This document shows positions 9,001 to 10,145 of a DNA stretch of 10,145 nt, one piece after another. The stretch spans positions 1-10,145 of the forward strand of contig JBHGNT010001297.1 in NCBI GenBank assembly GCA_043228905.1, in the 5' to 3' direction. Under the pieces are notes generated by a model. It did no database searches. It saw only the letters and a list, made by a program, of their open reading frames with translations, and was not told where the DNA came from. The position numbers were made by a program, and so were the translations under genes. Source of the DNA: Azolla caroliniana. Taxonomy: Eukaryota > Plantae > Polypodiophyta. Position 1 is the stretch's first letter, and each line of letters begins with the position of its first letter.

Positions 9001-9177
9001 AGGGACACTAGTATCATTAAATTGATTCATTACTGAGATTCTCTTACCCCAAGATTATTTGATATCGCGCATGCAGTACAGGGATTGCAGTTTAGCCATA
9101 ATAAATCACTACCGGTGTCCACTTGGACATGATATTCCTTTGCTGGAGTTCCCATACTTATTCGTGTATAGTAAATC
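6077..9177 (-). CDS. Aspartic protease, pepsin family A1B (nepenthesin-type / aspartic proteinase 36/39-like), 5'-partial; join(9177-9048, 8949-8708, 8468-8241, 8120-7958, 7766-7693, 6776-6683, 6492-6417, 6300-6229, 6093-6077)
   Basis: Manual splicing at GT-AG sites gives 1096 nt: 1 nt completing a split codon plus 365 codons including TAA, with no internal stop. Motifs: [31 protein letters not shown] flap, [80 protein letters not shown]; 12 Cys. The signal/pro-peptide exon is not in the window. Confidence 0.95.
6229..6300 (-). CDS. Aspartic protease exon ([24 protein letters not shown])
   Basis: Acceptor tgCAG at 6303-6301, donor T|GTAAGT at 6228; 72 nt. Confidence 0.92.
6331..6356. repeat. 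(GA)13 microsatellite in the 116-nt protease intron 6301-6416
   Basis: Perfect run; reads (TC)13 on the transcribed strand. Confidence 0.95.
6417..6492 (-). CDS. Aspartic protease exon ([25 protein letters not shown])
   Basis: Acceptor tttCAG at 6495-6493, donor G|GTAAAT at 6416; 76 nt. Confidence 0.92.
6683..6776 (-). CDS. Aspartic protease exon ([31 protein letters not shown])
   Basis: Acceptor CAG at 6779-6777, donor AGG|GTAAGT at 6682; 94 nt. Confidence 0.92.
7693..7766 (-). CDS. Aspartic protease exon ([24 protein letters not shown])
   Basis: Acceptor tttgaTAG at 7769-7767, donor AG|GTGAAA at 7692; 74 nt; phase fits both neighbours; conserved CF motif. Confidence 0.88.
7794..7960. repeat. 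Diverged direct duplication with 100-bp period (7794-7860 and 7894-7960) in a protease intron
   Basis: tcaaaaaacaca..at aa.agaat.tgtactt.tt...gatcacaacacat(c/a)cagc occurs twice, exactly 100 bp apart. Confidence 0.85.
7958..8120 (-). CDS. Aspartic protease exon with second catalytic Asp ([14 protein letters not shown]...[24 protein letters not shown])
   Basis: Acceptor CAG at 8123-8121, donor GCT|GTATGT at 7957; 163 nt; not in the ORF track. Confidence 0.93.
8241..8468 (-). CDS. Aspartic protease exon (CGFNQSGNL...DGIMGFGQ...FAHCL...TPIISS)
   Basis: Acceptor cttcttcCAG at 8471-8469, donor CG|GTGAGT at 8240; 228 nt. Confidence 0.93.
8708..8949 (-). CDS. Aspartic protease exon (MIIVSYDP...CDDPIC...[16 protein letters not shown]...IVFG)
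   Basis: Acceptor tttaCAG at 8952-8950, donor GG|GTAAAG at 8707; 242 nt; Cys-rich insertion and flap. Confidence 0.93.
9048..9177 (-). CDS. Aspartic protease exon with first catalytic Asp ([43 protein letters not shown])
   Basis: Acceptor CAG at 9180-9178, donor GGG|GTAAGA at 9047; 130 nt. Confidence 0.93.
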
Positions 9178-10145
9178 CTGCTTAACACAAACAAATTCAA
9201 GCATGTTTGATAATTTCTTTCTAAGAATCTTTGTACGGTAGAATTCATGGAACATAAAAGTGAAATCCATTGATATGTCAACTTAATAGAATCTTGATTC
9301 TATGTCCTAAGATGGTGAATTAATAAAACATTATGGGTAAATTCATTGGTAATATTAATGGAGTACTTTTGTTTATACATGCTAAGAATGTTAATGATGA
9401 TGAATTTATGGAGCATACAAGTAACTTCGTTGGCATATCAAAATTAATGGAAATTTTCTGTCCTACACCCTATGTTTATTTATGAAGGAGACTACATTAC
9501 GAAAGTTGTGATTAAGGGAATTCATTAAATTGCCACACACCCTGTTAATGAATTCCTTCAAATAGCATACAACATACATCATCGAGACATATGCATGTAT
9601 GTGATGAAGCATATCCATCAATTCAAGTAGTTATCAGTAAATCCTGATTTAACAAACAATTTTCTTACACATGCATATGTGATGAAGCATTCAGGATATC
9701 AATGATAAACTAATAATTAGCTGAATTGATGGGTTGTAATTAACCTTCTGCAATGGAGATGGGGAGAAGTTTCCTTAGATCATTAAATTAAGTCATGTTA
9801 ATGGCCACTGATGCACCTTTCAAGAGATCTATTTGTACAGGAGACCATCCAGGTATAGTTTCACTCAGAACACTTTTATCAAAAACTATGTACATTGATT
9901 TATGATTAAATGAAGTAGTGCCATGGGACTTTTAAATTTGAACCCCAACCAGGAGCTGCAGCGCAAGAGTAATTAAGTAGATGACTATTCTCTCAGTGAC
10001 ATTCTAAAGCTTTACCCAACATAAAAGAAACAACCATGGGGACTAAAATAGGATGTCCATCACTGAGAAAGATAGCTAGTTAAATTAATGCATTTATACA
10101 TATGCGATGAAATACGCATATTTATGTCATTCAGGGTGTCAAAAG

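Noticed and set aside
9598-9690. 15-bp direct repeat tatgtgatgaagcat (9598-9612 and 9676-9690)
   Set aside because: A short degenerate intronic duplication with no TE hallmarks.
10016-10062. Candidate protease exon 1 end (...FFYVG|GTAAAG, correct phase)
   Set aside because: The frame is closed by TGA 15 codons upstream, it lacks signal peptide/prosegment features, and as a 47-nt cassette it would frameshift; the true exon 1 is probably beyond the window.

Overview
AT-rich eukaryotic (land-plant) genomic DNA with two spliced protein-coding genes, both on the minus strand and both cut by the window edges. (1) 6077-9177: nine coding exons of a pepsin-family (A1B, nepenthesin-type) aspartic protease resembling the Arabidopsis A36/A39-like group. 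Both catalytic motifs (DTGSD, DSGT) and 12 Cys are present, all introns are GT-AG and phase-consistent, and exon 1 lies beyond the right edge. The protein appears to end at ...DYDCAIDP*, without the C-terminal hydrophobic/GPI tail common in this group. (2) 1-2303 (or 2318): the 5' part of a DUF707 type-II membrane protein gene that the ORF track misses entirely. It has four full coding exons plus the first 8 nt of a fifth, a 4-copy ~111-bp tandem array in intron 4, and a uORF overlapping its start codon. The ~3.7-kb interval between the genes holds a decayed-looking plus-strand coding-like tract and small duplications. I found no RNA genes, CRISPR array or recognisable intact transposon, and no clearly new biological system. 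Family assignments come from motif recognition, not database searches.
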